From: a candidate division FCPU426 bacterium
GTDB taxonomy: Bacteria > Oederibacteriota > JAAXVQ01 > JAUVAV01
Direction of reading: 5' to 3'
Assembly: GCA_040756875.1 (NCBI GenBank)
Contig: JBFLYH010000002.1
Coordinates: 32,001-96,000, forward strand
DNA: 64,000 nt
How positions within the stretch are numbered: position 1 is the first letter of the stretch; every line of letters starts with the position of its first letter. Below the pieces are notes generated by a model. It was not told where the DNA came from. It made no database searches and saw nothing but the letters and a program-made list of their open reading frames with translations. Of this stretch, positions 37,401 through 49,400 are shown one piece after another. The translations under genes and the position numbers were made by a program.

Positions 37401-40400
37401 GCTCGCGCAAGGAGTCGTCGGCCAGCAGCTGGTAGAGCTTTTTCAGCTGTTTGTAGTCCACCACGCGGCGGGTCCAGTGGAAGAAGCGCATGCCCGCCAC
37501 CCGCTCCTTCCAGCCCGCGTCCAGGCCGCAGTTCTCGACCAGCAGGTCCTGCATGGCTGACCGGGCCTTGGCTTTCTCGGCCACCAGCTGCTCGTCGCTC
37601 TGTCGCGCCCAACCGCGGAACCCCGGCCACTGCCAGAACTTCAGGTTGACGCCGTTGGTGATGGAGACCACTTTGTCCCGCACCCGGCGGTAGGTGGGCA
37701 TGGTGCGCATGGTCTGGGCGTGGAGTTTGGCCACGCCGTACAGGCCGTGCGCCAGGGCCGCGATCATGCCGGTGATATGGATTGTGTCCCCTTCCAGGGC
37801 CAGGCGCAGCAGATCCGGGTTGAGCCGGTACCGTTCCAGGAAGCCCTTGCTCTCCTTCATGTGCGCGTATTCCAGGGGCGTATGGTCGTTGAACACGAAT
37901 TTGGCCCGGCCCAGAGTCTCCTGGAATTCGTCCTGCACCAGGGCCGGCAGGGCGAACGTGCCGGCGCTCATTTCGGAGACGATGACCGTGTCCGGGTTGA
38001 TGCCGAGTTTGGCCAAAAGCGCCAGGTAGCCCCGGCCGATCAGGTAGCTTTGCTCCATCTCGATCCGCTTCTTGCGCTCCCATTCCGGGTCTTTCTGGAA
38101 ACGCTCGGCGCCGTGCTTGTCGGCCGAGCCCGCGTAAGCCACGTCGAAGACATTGGGTTCGGTCTCGGCCGGATCGAAATCATCCAGGTAGTAGGTGACG
38201 CTGTCCGTATCCTGGTCGTAATCCTCCCAGACCCGGACTTTGCGCAGGCGCTGGTCGTAAAGCGGCACTTCGAGCACCAGCTGCTGGCCCGGATGCTCGG
38301 GGTCCGGGGCCGGCCGCAGCGCGGAACGGAGCACATCGCCGGTCGTGACCTGCTGCAGGCTGAATTCCGGGTAGGTCACGCCCGCTTCGCCCAGGGTTTT
38401 CACCTGCTGCATCCAGACTTTTTGGTAGAGAGGCGCCACGCTGACCACGCGCCGGATGCCCGGGTCCACGGCCAGGTCCTCCAGGCGGTCGCGCAGGAGC
38501 GGCCCGATGCCGCCCACGGACATGGACATGCACATGGTCTGCAGCACCTTCCGGACGCTGCCGGCTTGCCGGATGGCTTCGTCCAGGCGCTGCCGCCAGG
38601 GATGCCGCGGGTTCTCCAGGGCCTGTCGCGCGGCCTGTTCCATGCGCAGCGTCAGCCGGCTTTCCACGGTCAGTTCCACCACGGTCTTGGCGTGCGGAGC
38701 CGTGGTCGCCAGGCGGGCCAGATGTTCGTAATGGACCTCGCGCGGCCAGTCGAACGCCCGCAGCCTGGCCACGGCCGCTTCGTGGCCTTCGCGCAGGCTG
38801 AGGAGTTCGTGCAGCAGCAGGTAGCGCAAGCCGTCCGGAAAGGCGTTGCCCAGGCGCTCGCGGAAGAAGCGCAGGCGTTCGCCGCTGATGAAGAGGTATT
38901 GGATTTCCTGGCCCTCGAACACCGGGAACATCGTGCCGCGGTTGATCAGTTCGAACAGCTCCCGGCCGGGCCCGGACAGCCGGTCCACGAGTTTGGGGTC
39001 CGCTTCGCGCACCTGCAGCCAGCCCTTGACTTCCCTGGCTTCGTAGCCGCGCAGCAGTTCCGCGTACTGCGGATCCGCGAACAACCCGTCGATGGCATCG
39101 GCCAGCTCGTGCTCCCACTGCCGCTGTTCCACGGCCAGCCGCCGGTTGGCCGCCTGGCGGCCCAGGCCCAGCCGGTTCAGCAGGCCGTCGAACACTTCAG
39201 CTTCGGTAAACAGCTGGCCGGCCGCCACGGCGGCGGCCAGGGGTCCGGTTTTTTCCAGCTGTCCGGCCAGCTGCAGGACCTGGCCCCCGAAAGTGCTGTT
39301 GAGGAACGCGTAGGCTTCGGTCTCCCGCGCCTGCGGCTGGACCACAAACGCGAATCCGGCTTTGGGCCCGCCCACCAGGTTCACCACGGCGTGCGTCCCC
39401 ACGATCACGGCCAGCGCCAGGCCCGCGAACAGGTAGCCTGTGGGATTGAGCAGCAATTGCAGCGTGGCCAAGGCCAGCCCGGTCAGGCTCGTGATCCGCA
39501 GCAGCGGCAGCGAGAACAGCGGCCGCCAGTGCTGCTGAACGAAAGCGCGGACAGCGATTCCGCCGCGAGCCTGCCAGGGCATGTGCCCCAGGTGCCAGGC
39601 CACCTGCAGCACGCCGAAGGTCGCCCAGAACGGCGGACCCAGGGCGAACGGCAGGCCGAACGCCAGGCTGAGCAGGAACGCGCCGGCCAAACTCAGCGCG
39701 CCCACGAACAGGCCGGATTCAACGGCCGCCGGCACCAGGGCTTGGCCCGCCACCCACCCCAGGTGTTTGCCCAGCACGCGGCTTGCCCCGGCTTCCACGC
39801 GGTCGTACCAACCCGCCAGCCACGGCCAGCGGCCGCGGGTGGCCTTTTTGTTGAGATAATAAGTCAGCAGCATCCGCTGGGTCTGTTCTTCCGCCTCGTT
39901 GATGCTCAAGGCGCCGGCCGGCACCCGGGTGACCTCGCCGCCGGGCGCGAGCATGAAAGAATCCCGGGGCACGAGCCGACCCTGCGTCTTTTGGTACATG
40001 GTCAGAAACATCCGCTGGTCTTCCTCATCGCCAGTCAGCAGGTAGCCGCCCTCGCGGACGTCCTGTCCCATTTGCAGGATCCGCTGCTCGCGCTGATCCT
40101 TGTACATGTACAGCACGTTGAAGCAGATCTTCAGGTCCGCCGGCACGTTCTGGCCGAAGGAGGCCTGCACGACCTCAAAGCCGTTGGCCGCGGCAAAAGC
40201 GGCAAAGGGCTGTTCGACCACCCGCAGGTTCGCGGACAAGGTCCCGGCCTGATGGCGTTGGAACCACTCCGACATTTCCTGCAGCCGGCTTTCGTCGTAA
40301 ACCGTCGTGCCGCCGGACTGGAAGCCGGCCAGGAACCTGCCAGCCTGGTCGTAATAGGCGAACTCGCCGGTCTGGGCGTCCGTGACGGACCAGGCCGGGA

Positions 40401-43400
40401 CCAAAACATCGCTGCCTTTGACCATGGCCTCGGGATTCAGGGCGTGGACCGCGGCAGAGAGGTTGGCCACCGTGACCGGGACCGGACCGCCCAGCCCGAT
40501 GTTTTCGACCACCACGTTGTTCCTGCGGGACAGCATGCGCCGCAGCGAGCGCTCCCGGCCTAAAAATCTCCATAGAAGATCGAGCCGGTTGGGCCGGGTG
40601 TTGATGTTGATGAAGCCCTGGAACGGCTGGTCGGCCAGGGATTGTTCGAGTTCACGGATTTGCTGCGGAGTCAGGAGCCTCCTCAAGGCCGGTTTGATCA
40701 GCATTTGCGTCGCGGCCGTGCGGGCCCGGGCGATGATGCCGAAGGACGGATGGAAAAGCAACTGGCGCAGGGTGGCGACCGCGGCTGCGCGCTCTTCGTA
40801 AGACAGCCAGTCCCAGCGGTCACTGATGCGCTTCACCTCGGCCGCGGCTGCGTTGAATTCCATGGCCGGTTGGGCGGCCTGGGCCTGCGCTTCAACCTGC
40901 CGGAGCGGAGCCTGCGTCGCTTCCTGATCGCGGAGGAACCGCGGCGTTTCCCCGGGTCGTGTCTGTATTTCCGCCACCGGCACCACGGCTATTCCGAAAA
41001 TCAGCCGGACGCTTTCCCAAAACGCGGCGGCGAAGGTCCTGCCGCCTGCCTGGTCCTGCGGTTGGACCAGGAAAGCCAAACCCGCCTTGGGTCCGGCCAC
41101 CAGGTTCGCCAGCGCATGCACTCCCACCATCACAGCCAGCGCCAGGCCGGCGAACAAATAGCCCGTGGGATTGACCAGCACCTGCAGCGTGGCCAAGGCC
41201 AGCCCGGTCAGGCCCGTAATCCGCAGCAGCGGCAGCGAGAACAGCGGCCGCCAGTGCTGCTGAATGAAAGCGCGGACAGGGGTTCTGGCGCGCGCCTGCC
41301 AGGGCATGTGCCCCAGGTGCCAGGCGGCTTGCAGAATGCCGAACGCCGCCCAGAACGGCGGGCCCAGGGCAAACGGCAGGCCGAAGGCCAGGCTGAGCAG
41401 GAATGCGCCGGCCAGGCTCAGCACGCCCACGAACAGGCCGGATTCAACGGCCGCCGGAAACAGGGCCCGGCCCATCACCCGGCCCAGGCGCTGGCCCAGC
41501 ACGCGGCTTGCCCGGGCTTCCACGCGGCTGTACCACTTCTGCAGCCAGGGCCAGCGGCCTGAATCGTGCATCATATGGGCCATGATCAGATTTTCAGTCT
41601 GCTTCTCGGCCGCGGCGATGTCCAGATGGCCGGCGGGCATTTCGTAGGGCCCTTCGGGCCCCAGCATGACCGTGCGCTGGGGTTGGAGCCGGCCCCTGCG
41701 TTTTTCATACACCGTGAAAAAGATGCGGCTCACCATCCCGTCCCGGCTTTCGTAGGTTTCCTCCTCGCCCACGAGCAGGACCCCGCCCTCGCGGAGGTCC
41801 TGGCCCATGTCCGCGATCAAGTCCGCCTTTTGCCGCGGGTACATGTACAGCATGTTGAAAACCAGTTTCATATCGGCGGAAATGCCCCGGCCAAAGGCCG
41901 CGCGGGCGATTTTAAAACCGTGCTCAGCGGCGTACGTCTGCAGGGGCCGGTGGTTGGCCGTATAGCCCTCGGGCAGCTGCCGGCCGGGCTTCAGCGACGC
42001 GAAAAACGCCAGGTCGTCCTGTTCGGTCACCGCGCCGCCGGTGGATATGCGAAAAACGCCCATCAACCCGCCGTTCTCATCGTAATAAGCGAAACGTTCG
42101 TTGGCTGCGTCCGTGATCGACCACTCGGGCACCAGGATGTCGCTGCCCACGACCAGGGCCTGGGGATTGAGGCTGTGCACGGTTTCGGCCAATTCGGCCA
42201 CGGTGGACGGTTCCTGGCCGCCGAGCCCGATGTTCTCCACCACGCGCCGGCCCGGTTTCCGCAGCAACCCGCCCAGCATGGCGTCCGTGGCGAGGAATTG
42301 GTTCAAGGCCTGGAGGCGGTTGGGCTGGGTGGACAGATTGATGAATCCCTGGTATGCCTGCCTGGCCAGGGCGTGCTCCAGGGCGGCCTGCTGTTCCGGC
42401 GTCAGCAGCGCGCGCAGGTCATTGATGTTGAGCAGGGCCAGGGCGGACTGGCGCGCGCGCGCCACCACGGCAAAGCGCGGATCGGCCAGCCGCTCCGCGA
42501 CCAGCGCCACCGCGGCTGCGCGCTTGGCGGCTGTGAAGGATTTGAAATCGACTTCCGCGCTGACCAGCCTCCGGATCGTGCCGCCCAGGGCGGGCAAGGC
42601 CAGCACCGGCCACTTCAAGTTCGGGAAAGTCCGCGCCACCCAGTTGTTGAGGCTGTGAATCAGCGACGACGCCAGGAACGCGGCCAGGCCGCCGGTTAGG
42701 GGCAGGTTGGCCTGGCTCAGGCCAAAACTTACGGCAAAATACACGGCCCCCAGCAGCAAGGTCATTCCGCCGGCAGCCAGCCACTGCCTGGTGGTCCAGC
42801 CTTGGTCCCGGTGCGCGACCAGGAACGCGCCGCCGAACACCGCCAGGCCGATCCCGGCGGCCAGGGGCGAGAGGACTCCCAGGTGGAACAGCAGCATGGG
42901 CGCCACGCGGAAAATCAGTTCCTCGCCGAAAGGCCGCAGGCCCTTGGGCACCCAGGGCAGATGCCGCTCCCAGAAGGACAGTTCCAGCTCCACGGACGCG
43001 GATTCGCCCGGCGCGCGCGGTTTGAGCGGCGTCTCCTGCACGCGGGTCTGCAGGCCATGGAAGGATTCCGTGTACAGCAAGTGGGTGAAAGCGCCCGGCA
43101 TTTCCGCGGTCAGGCGTTCGGCCTGGGCCACGGTCCAGCCGGTTTCTGCCAGCGAAAACTCGAATTGCGCTTCCGCGTCCAGCAGGTAGAAGCTCAAGGG
43201 GCGGACCTCACCGGCCTGCTTCTGGTAGAGCACGAAACAGGCAAACGCCAGGCCCTGTTCGTTCTGGGTCTTGCCGGTCAGCAGGTAACCGCCTTCAGCC
43301 AGGTCCTTCCCCATGGTCCGGACGATTTCCGCTTCCTTGCCCGGGTTCATATACATGACATTGAAGCAGGTTTTAATGTCCGCCTTGATCCCCTCGCCAA

Positions 43401-46400
43401 ACGAGGCGACCTGCACGGAAAAACCGTTTTGGCTGGCGAAATACTGCACGGGCCTGAACACCATTTCATAGGTCTGCTGCAGTTCTAGGGACGAGGCAAA
43501 GCGCTGGTACACGTCCGAATATTCCCCGGCCAGCCCGTCCGCCGGGATGCCGCGGGGCGTATACGCCTGGATAAAGTTGCCCCGCTGGTCAAAGTAGGCG
43601 AACCAGCCCGTGGCTTTGTTGCGCAGCATGAACGCCGGCAGGAAAAGGTCGGCTCCGATCACCTGGTTGGCGGGATTGATGCTTTTGGCCAGGGCGGACA
43701 GTTCCGCCGTGGTCACAGGTTCAGGCCCGCCGATGCCGATGTCATTGATGACCGCGCCGGCCGGGCGCTCCAGCAAAGCCCGGATGCCCGGGAAACGAGC
43801 CAGGAAACCCCACACGGCCGAGAGCCGGCCGGGTTCGGTGATCAGGCGCACAGTGGCCGCCTCCCTGAATGCTTCCAGCTTGTCCTGGGCCAATTGCTGC
43901 AGGGCCGGGTCCTCCAGCCCCGGGGCCAGGACGTTCAGGGCGTGCCAGGCGGACATGACCACGCGCAGGTTCGTGTGCAGCAGGAGGTTGATCAGGGTAT
44001 AGGCGTACGCCTCGCGCTCGCCGCGGCCGAGTTCCCCGCGGCGCCATTCGATCCCCACCACCCCGCGCACGATGTCCCCGGCTTCGGAACTGGCCAGCAG
44101 CGCCGGTATTTCCTCCGGGCGCGCGGCTTGGGCGCTGTCTCCGGCCACCACGGCGGTCAGTCCTTCGGGTTGGCGCAGGGAGGCGAGCGAATCCCTGGCG
44201 GGCGGCGAGCGTTCCGGCAGTCTGGCTTCGAGCTGGGGTCGCGCCACATCCGGTGCGGTTGTGACCAGCAGGGTCTCAGCCAGCAGCGCTGTAAAGGAAG
44301 CCCCCAGCTTCCCCCAAACGGTTTTTTTACTGTCAGGCGTCCCTGTTTTCGGCTCGAGGACGCCGGCTTCCGCGCCTTCCATCCCCTTGCCTTCCAAAGC
44401 CAGCACCGGCCAGTTCAAATTAGGGAACGTCCGCGCCACCCAGTTGTTGAGGCTGTGGATCAAGGACGAGGCCAGGAACCCTGCCAGGCCGCCGGTCAGG
44501 GGCAGGTTGGCCTGGCTCAGGCCGACGCTGGCGCCGAAGTATGCCGCGCTCAAGACAAACGTCACGCCGGCCGCGGCTAGCCACTGCCGGGTGGTCCAGC
44601 CTTTGTCCCTATGCGCCACCAGGAACGCGCCGCCGAACACCGCCAGGCCGATCCCGGCGGCCAGGGGCGAGAGGTACCCCAGGTGGAACAGCAGCATGGG
44701 CGCCACGCGGAAGATCAGTTCCTCGCCGAACGGCCGCAGGCCCTTGGGCACCCAGGGCAGATGCCGCTCCCAGAAGGACAGTTCCAGGGTGGGCGTGCCG
44801 GGCCGCTGCACGGTGGGCGGCCGGGCCAGTTGCTGGGCCGCGATTTTTTCCTGCAAGGCTTGTTTGACCGCGGACACCACGTTCAACAGCCGCGGTTCAG
44901 GTTCGTCGAGATGGAGATATCCTTTCAGCGCCTCGGCCGGCTGGAAGAGATAGGCCGGAACGGATTCAGGCCGCGTCTGCAGGTCCGAGGCCGGCACGAC
45001 CACCGGCGCAATGGGCTGGTCGTCGAAGCGCAGCACCCGGCCGGCTGTGCCGTCCAGGTAGAACGTCAGGCCCGCGACCTGGGTTTCAACCACGGATTCG
45101 GATTCAAAGCGCAGGGGAAAGCTCAATTTTCGGGCGGTAAACCCCTCCTGCTTGAGCAGGTTGCTGATTTCCTGCGCACAGGGCCCGCACAGGTTGGGAT
45201 AACGCACATCCGACGTGATTTCCCGCAGGGCTCCGGGAATGGCGGCCAGCACTTTTTTAAAGCGCGTCACTTCCTCCTGTTCGGCCGGGGACAGGGTCCG
45301 GCCGGTTTCAGCCAGCACCCGCTGCAGCATAGCGTCGAAGCGTTCGGGTGTCATGCCTTCATACTCCGGATACATGCGCTCCGGCCCGCTGAAGTGCGCC
45401 ATCAGCATCTTGACCGCATACCCCAGGGTGAACCTTTCGCCTTCATGCACGATGCGCCCCAGGCTGTAGCCGGATGAAGTCCGGTCCATGCGCGCGAGCT
45501 CGTTCACGAGGAATTCGCGCGCCTGCGGGGTTTGCAGGTCCAGGCGAGCCAGGGCTTCAAAGCCCTTCTGCAGCACCGGCACGTGGGGATACAGGCCGCG
45601 GAGCGGCGCTAAAATCTCTTGGATCCTGGCCATTTCCCTCTCCGCCAGCCCGGCCGGCGCCGGCGCGGCCACGGATTCAGCCTCCACCGCGTGCAGCTCA
45701 GGCAGCGCGACCTGCGCAACCTCCCGCCCCTCCTGCGCGGCCCGCAAGCCCAGGGTGATCTCGTAACCCTGCCAAGTGAGTTCCTCGGTTTCCTGGATCG
45801 TCAACCCCTGCGCCGGCAAATCGAAACGGCGGTTGCCCGCGATGATGTGGACGGACTGCGGCACGATCCGGCCGTTTTCTTTCCGGTAAACCGCCAGCTG
45901 GAGGTCATACGCCTTGCCCGGCCCCCGCCAGGCGGAGAGCGAATGGCCGGTGACCAGGTAGCCGCCCTCGTTCAGGTCCTGGCCCATGCGTTCGATGATT
46001 TCGGATTCCCGGCCCGCGTAAAAATACAGCGTGTTGAAACAAAGCTTGACCTCCGCCGGCGCCGTTTCTCCGAAGGAGGACTGCTGGATCTCGAATCCGT
46101 ATTTTTCCGCGTACGCGCGGTACGGGTCCGGCTGGAACGTAAAACCAGTTTGCGGCTTGGCGGGTTGCACGCGGAACTGCGCAAAAGCCGACCGGAAGCG
46201 CCTGGCCCAGGCCGTACTGCGCGTGGGATTGCCCTTGTCATCATAGAGGCCGAGCAAATTGCCGTCCTGTCCGAAGTAGGCGAACAAGCCGTTCGCGGCC
46301 TGGACCTGGTAGGCCGGGATTAATACGTCGCTGCCGACCAGGCGGGTTTGCGGATTCATCCGGCGCAACCGGGTGGCCAGTTCGGCCGTGGTCACGGGCA

Positions 46401-49400
46401 CCGGCCCGCCCAGCCCGATGTCGTTCACCACCGCGCCCCCGCGCCTGAGCAGCAGGGCCCGGATGCCCGGATGGGTGAAAAGAAAATCATGCAGCCGGGT
46501 CAGCCGGCCCTCGAACGTGGAGACCGAGAGCAGGGCGAAACGGTCGTGCTTGGCCAGTTTTTTCCGGACGGCTTTTTGCTGGGCCGGTGAAAGCCGGGGC
46601 AAAACGGCGGTCAGGGTATGGTATGCGGCCATGGCCACGCGTCCGCGGTACGGTTCCATCAGCATCAGCAGGCGTTCGGTGTATTGCGCGAGATCGGCTT
46701 CGGCGATTTCATCGGCCCGGGCTTCGATGGCGCTGATGCCCCGGATCAGCTTGAGCACGCTCGAGGAATCCAGCAGCTCGCCGATCTGCGCGGCCGGCGC
46801 GGCCACATCGGGCCTGCGGGGCAGCACCGGGATGCGGCCCGGCTGGATTTCCATGTCCGTGCCCGCGAAGCCCGTGGCCCGCAGGTACTCGGGCAGCCCG
46901 GTTTCCAAATACCGGCCCAAGGCTTGCGTGAAGTCGCTGGCGCGGGTGAGCCGGGCGCTGACGCTGCCCCAGGCCTCCTCCAGGTAAGCCCGGCCTTCCA
47001 CCGGCCCCAGGGCGTCCATCACTCCGTCGAAGATCGCGTTGTCCGGCCGTACACGGAAGGCGAAGAACACCGGGAACAAGGCGATCAAGGGCGCGAACAG
47101 GCCGCGCATCCGGCTGGTCACGGCCAGGCGCTTGGGCCCGTAGAAAGCCGAATAGTACATGACCTGCGAAAACGGCTGGCGCCGGAACGGCATGGGGAGC
47201 AGCCCGTCTCGGTCCACCAGCTTGGGCTCGGCTCCCGGTTCGTCGGGCAGGATCATGTTCTCCGGTTTGGGGTCGAACAGCACCCAATTGATGCCCGTGC
47301 GGTCGCGCAGATATTTCAGCACGGTCAGGTAGGAACGCACGGCCAGGCGCGGCACCGAACCGTTGACCGCCGGACTGGCCTCCTGCACCTGGTCCAGGGA
47401 CCGGCCGTGGATGAACTCCTCGGCCATGATGCCCTGGTCCACGAAATGGAAGCTGGGCATGTTGGGATGGCCCTGCAGCCAGAGCTGGCGGATGCGCGGC
47501 TGGAGGAGCGCGACCCAGCCGACCAGGCGCCGCGGCACTTTGAAGGCCACGTCCACCTGCCGCTGTTCGCCGTTGGCGAAAGTGACCTGCGTTTCCACGC
47601 GGTACGCCCGTTTGAACGCCCCGCCGCCGGTCGGCGTGATCTTGACGTCAGGCCCGATCCGCTGCACGCGGGCGCCCGAGGGCAGGGCCAGGCGGATGGA
47701 GCGTTCGAGCAGCCGTTTGCCTTCGACGGCCCGCTGGATGCGTTTGCGGTCCGCGCCGGGAACATCGGCCGAAAAATCCAGCGCCAGTTCGCGGACCACG
47801 CCCGCGGGTTCAGCCGGCGCGGGCCGGGACTGCCAGCGGTAGAAGAGCAGCAGCGCCAGCACCATGACCGCGCCCAAGGCCGCGCTGCCGGCCACGGCCA
47901 GGGAAAAGAAGCCCAGGACATAGGCGGCCAGCGGCAAGGCCACGGCCAGAGTGAAGGCCCCGGCCGCCAGTAGCCACCGGCTCCAGGAAAGGGCGGGGTG
48001 CGTTTCCGCCGCCGCCGGGGCCGCGCCTTCGGCCCGCGAGCGGCGCGTGACGCGCAAACCCCGCGTCTGGCCGCCTTCCGCAGTCATAAATCCGTAGAGA
48101 TGGCAATCGCCGGCCGTTGGCATGGAGACGCCGATCTGGTCCACGTTTACACCCTGCCAGGCGCTGGTGTCCACGCTGATACGGCCCACGAATCCCGCCC
48201 CCAGGTCAAAGGCGCTTTCGCCCACTTTCTGGCCTTTGCGGTAATACACCAGGGTGAGATGCGCGGTTTCCGCGCGGTGGTTCATCACGGCCAGGCGCAG
48301 GCTGTCCCCCAGCCGGCCCGGAATGATCCGGGCCTGCGCTTCCTGGGAACCGATGGCGTGCAACAGCAGGTTCGGGGCGCGGGCCGCGCGGGGAATGAGG
48401 CCCAGCCAGTAGGCCGGGTCGCCCCAACGCGGCGTTTTCTGCTCGTCCGCGGGCGACGCGGGCCGGGCCTGGTCGAAGAAACTGGCGAAGAGGCGGACCG
48501 CGCCGGGATGGGCCGCGAGAATTCCCGCCGGTTCGCCCGGATACAGCTGGCCGAGCATGTCCACGAAAGCGGCGTAGGCCGAGTACAGCAGCCCGCGCCC
48601 CTGCAGGCTCCGCCCCAGGCCCTGGTGTTCGATCTGGACGCGGGTGCCGGCCGCGGATTCATACCGCGTGAATTCCCAGATGAACAGCGCGCCGCCCACG
48701 CCCTGGTCGACCTCGTAGGCCCCCACGGTCTCAATGGCCTGGGCCAGGCTGAATTTGGGCGCGATCAGGATGCGGTGCTTGAACTTGTGGCGGTCGCGCG
48801 CCTGCTCCGGGATTTCCGGGAACTGCATGCTCAGGTAGACCAGGGCGTCGTCCGGCACGTCCGCCAGGTCGGTCCGCAGGGCTTCGATGATCCTGCGCTT
48901 CAACTCCACGTAGGGGATGTAGTTGTCCGTGTCGAATATTTCCTGCAGCCGGATGGTGAACGGCACCAGGGGCCGGCCCCGGTTGTTCTCCCGCACCATC
49001 ACGGTTTCCAGCTCGCCCAGCCAATGCGGCGTGTCGAACAGCGTGAACCGGGCGCGGTCCTGCCGGGCCGAGAACAACCGTCCGAGGGCGATGACCAGGG
49101 CCGGCGCCAGCAGCGCCTGGGCCAGCAGGCGCGTCAGCCACCCGTTGACGAGCCGGTAGCGGACCGTGCCAGGCGTGAAGCGGTCGAGGGGCAGGCCCAG
49201 GGCCTTGAGGCCGCGCACGGCCCAGCGCCGGGCCAGGCCGTCGAACGCGAACATCACCCAGTTGCCGTCGCGCACCACCCGGCCGTGGTTGTCGTAGAAC
49301 TGGCGGGTGGCGGGTACGTAGGTCCCCAGCGGCGCATTCAGCAGCCGGCTGGTGGCGTCCAGCTTCCGCCACTCCTCGAAGGCGAACACCACCTTGGAAA

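Noticed and set aside
35261-38083. 940-aa alternative-frame minus ORF (also 59336-62812)
   Set aside because: R/P/G/A-rich out-of-frame translation; the enzyme motifs are all in the giant ORF's frame.
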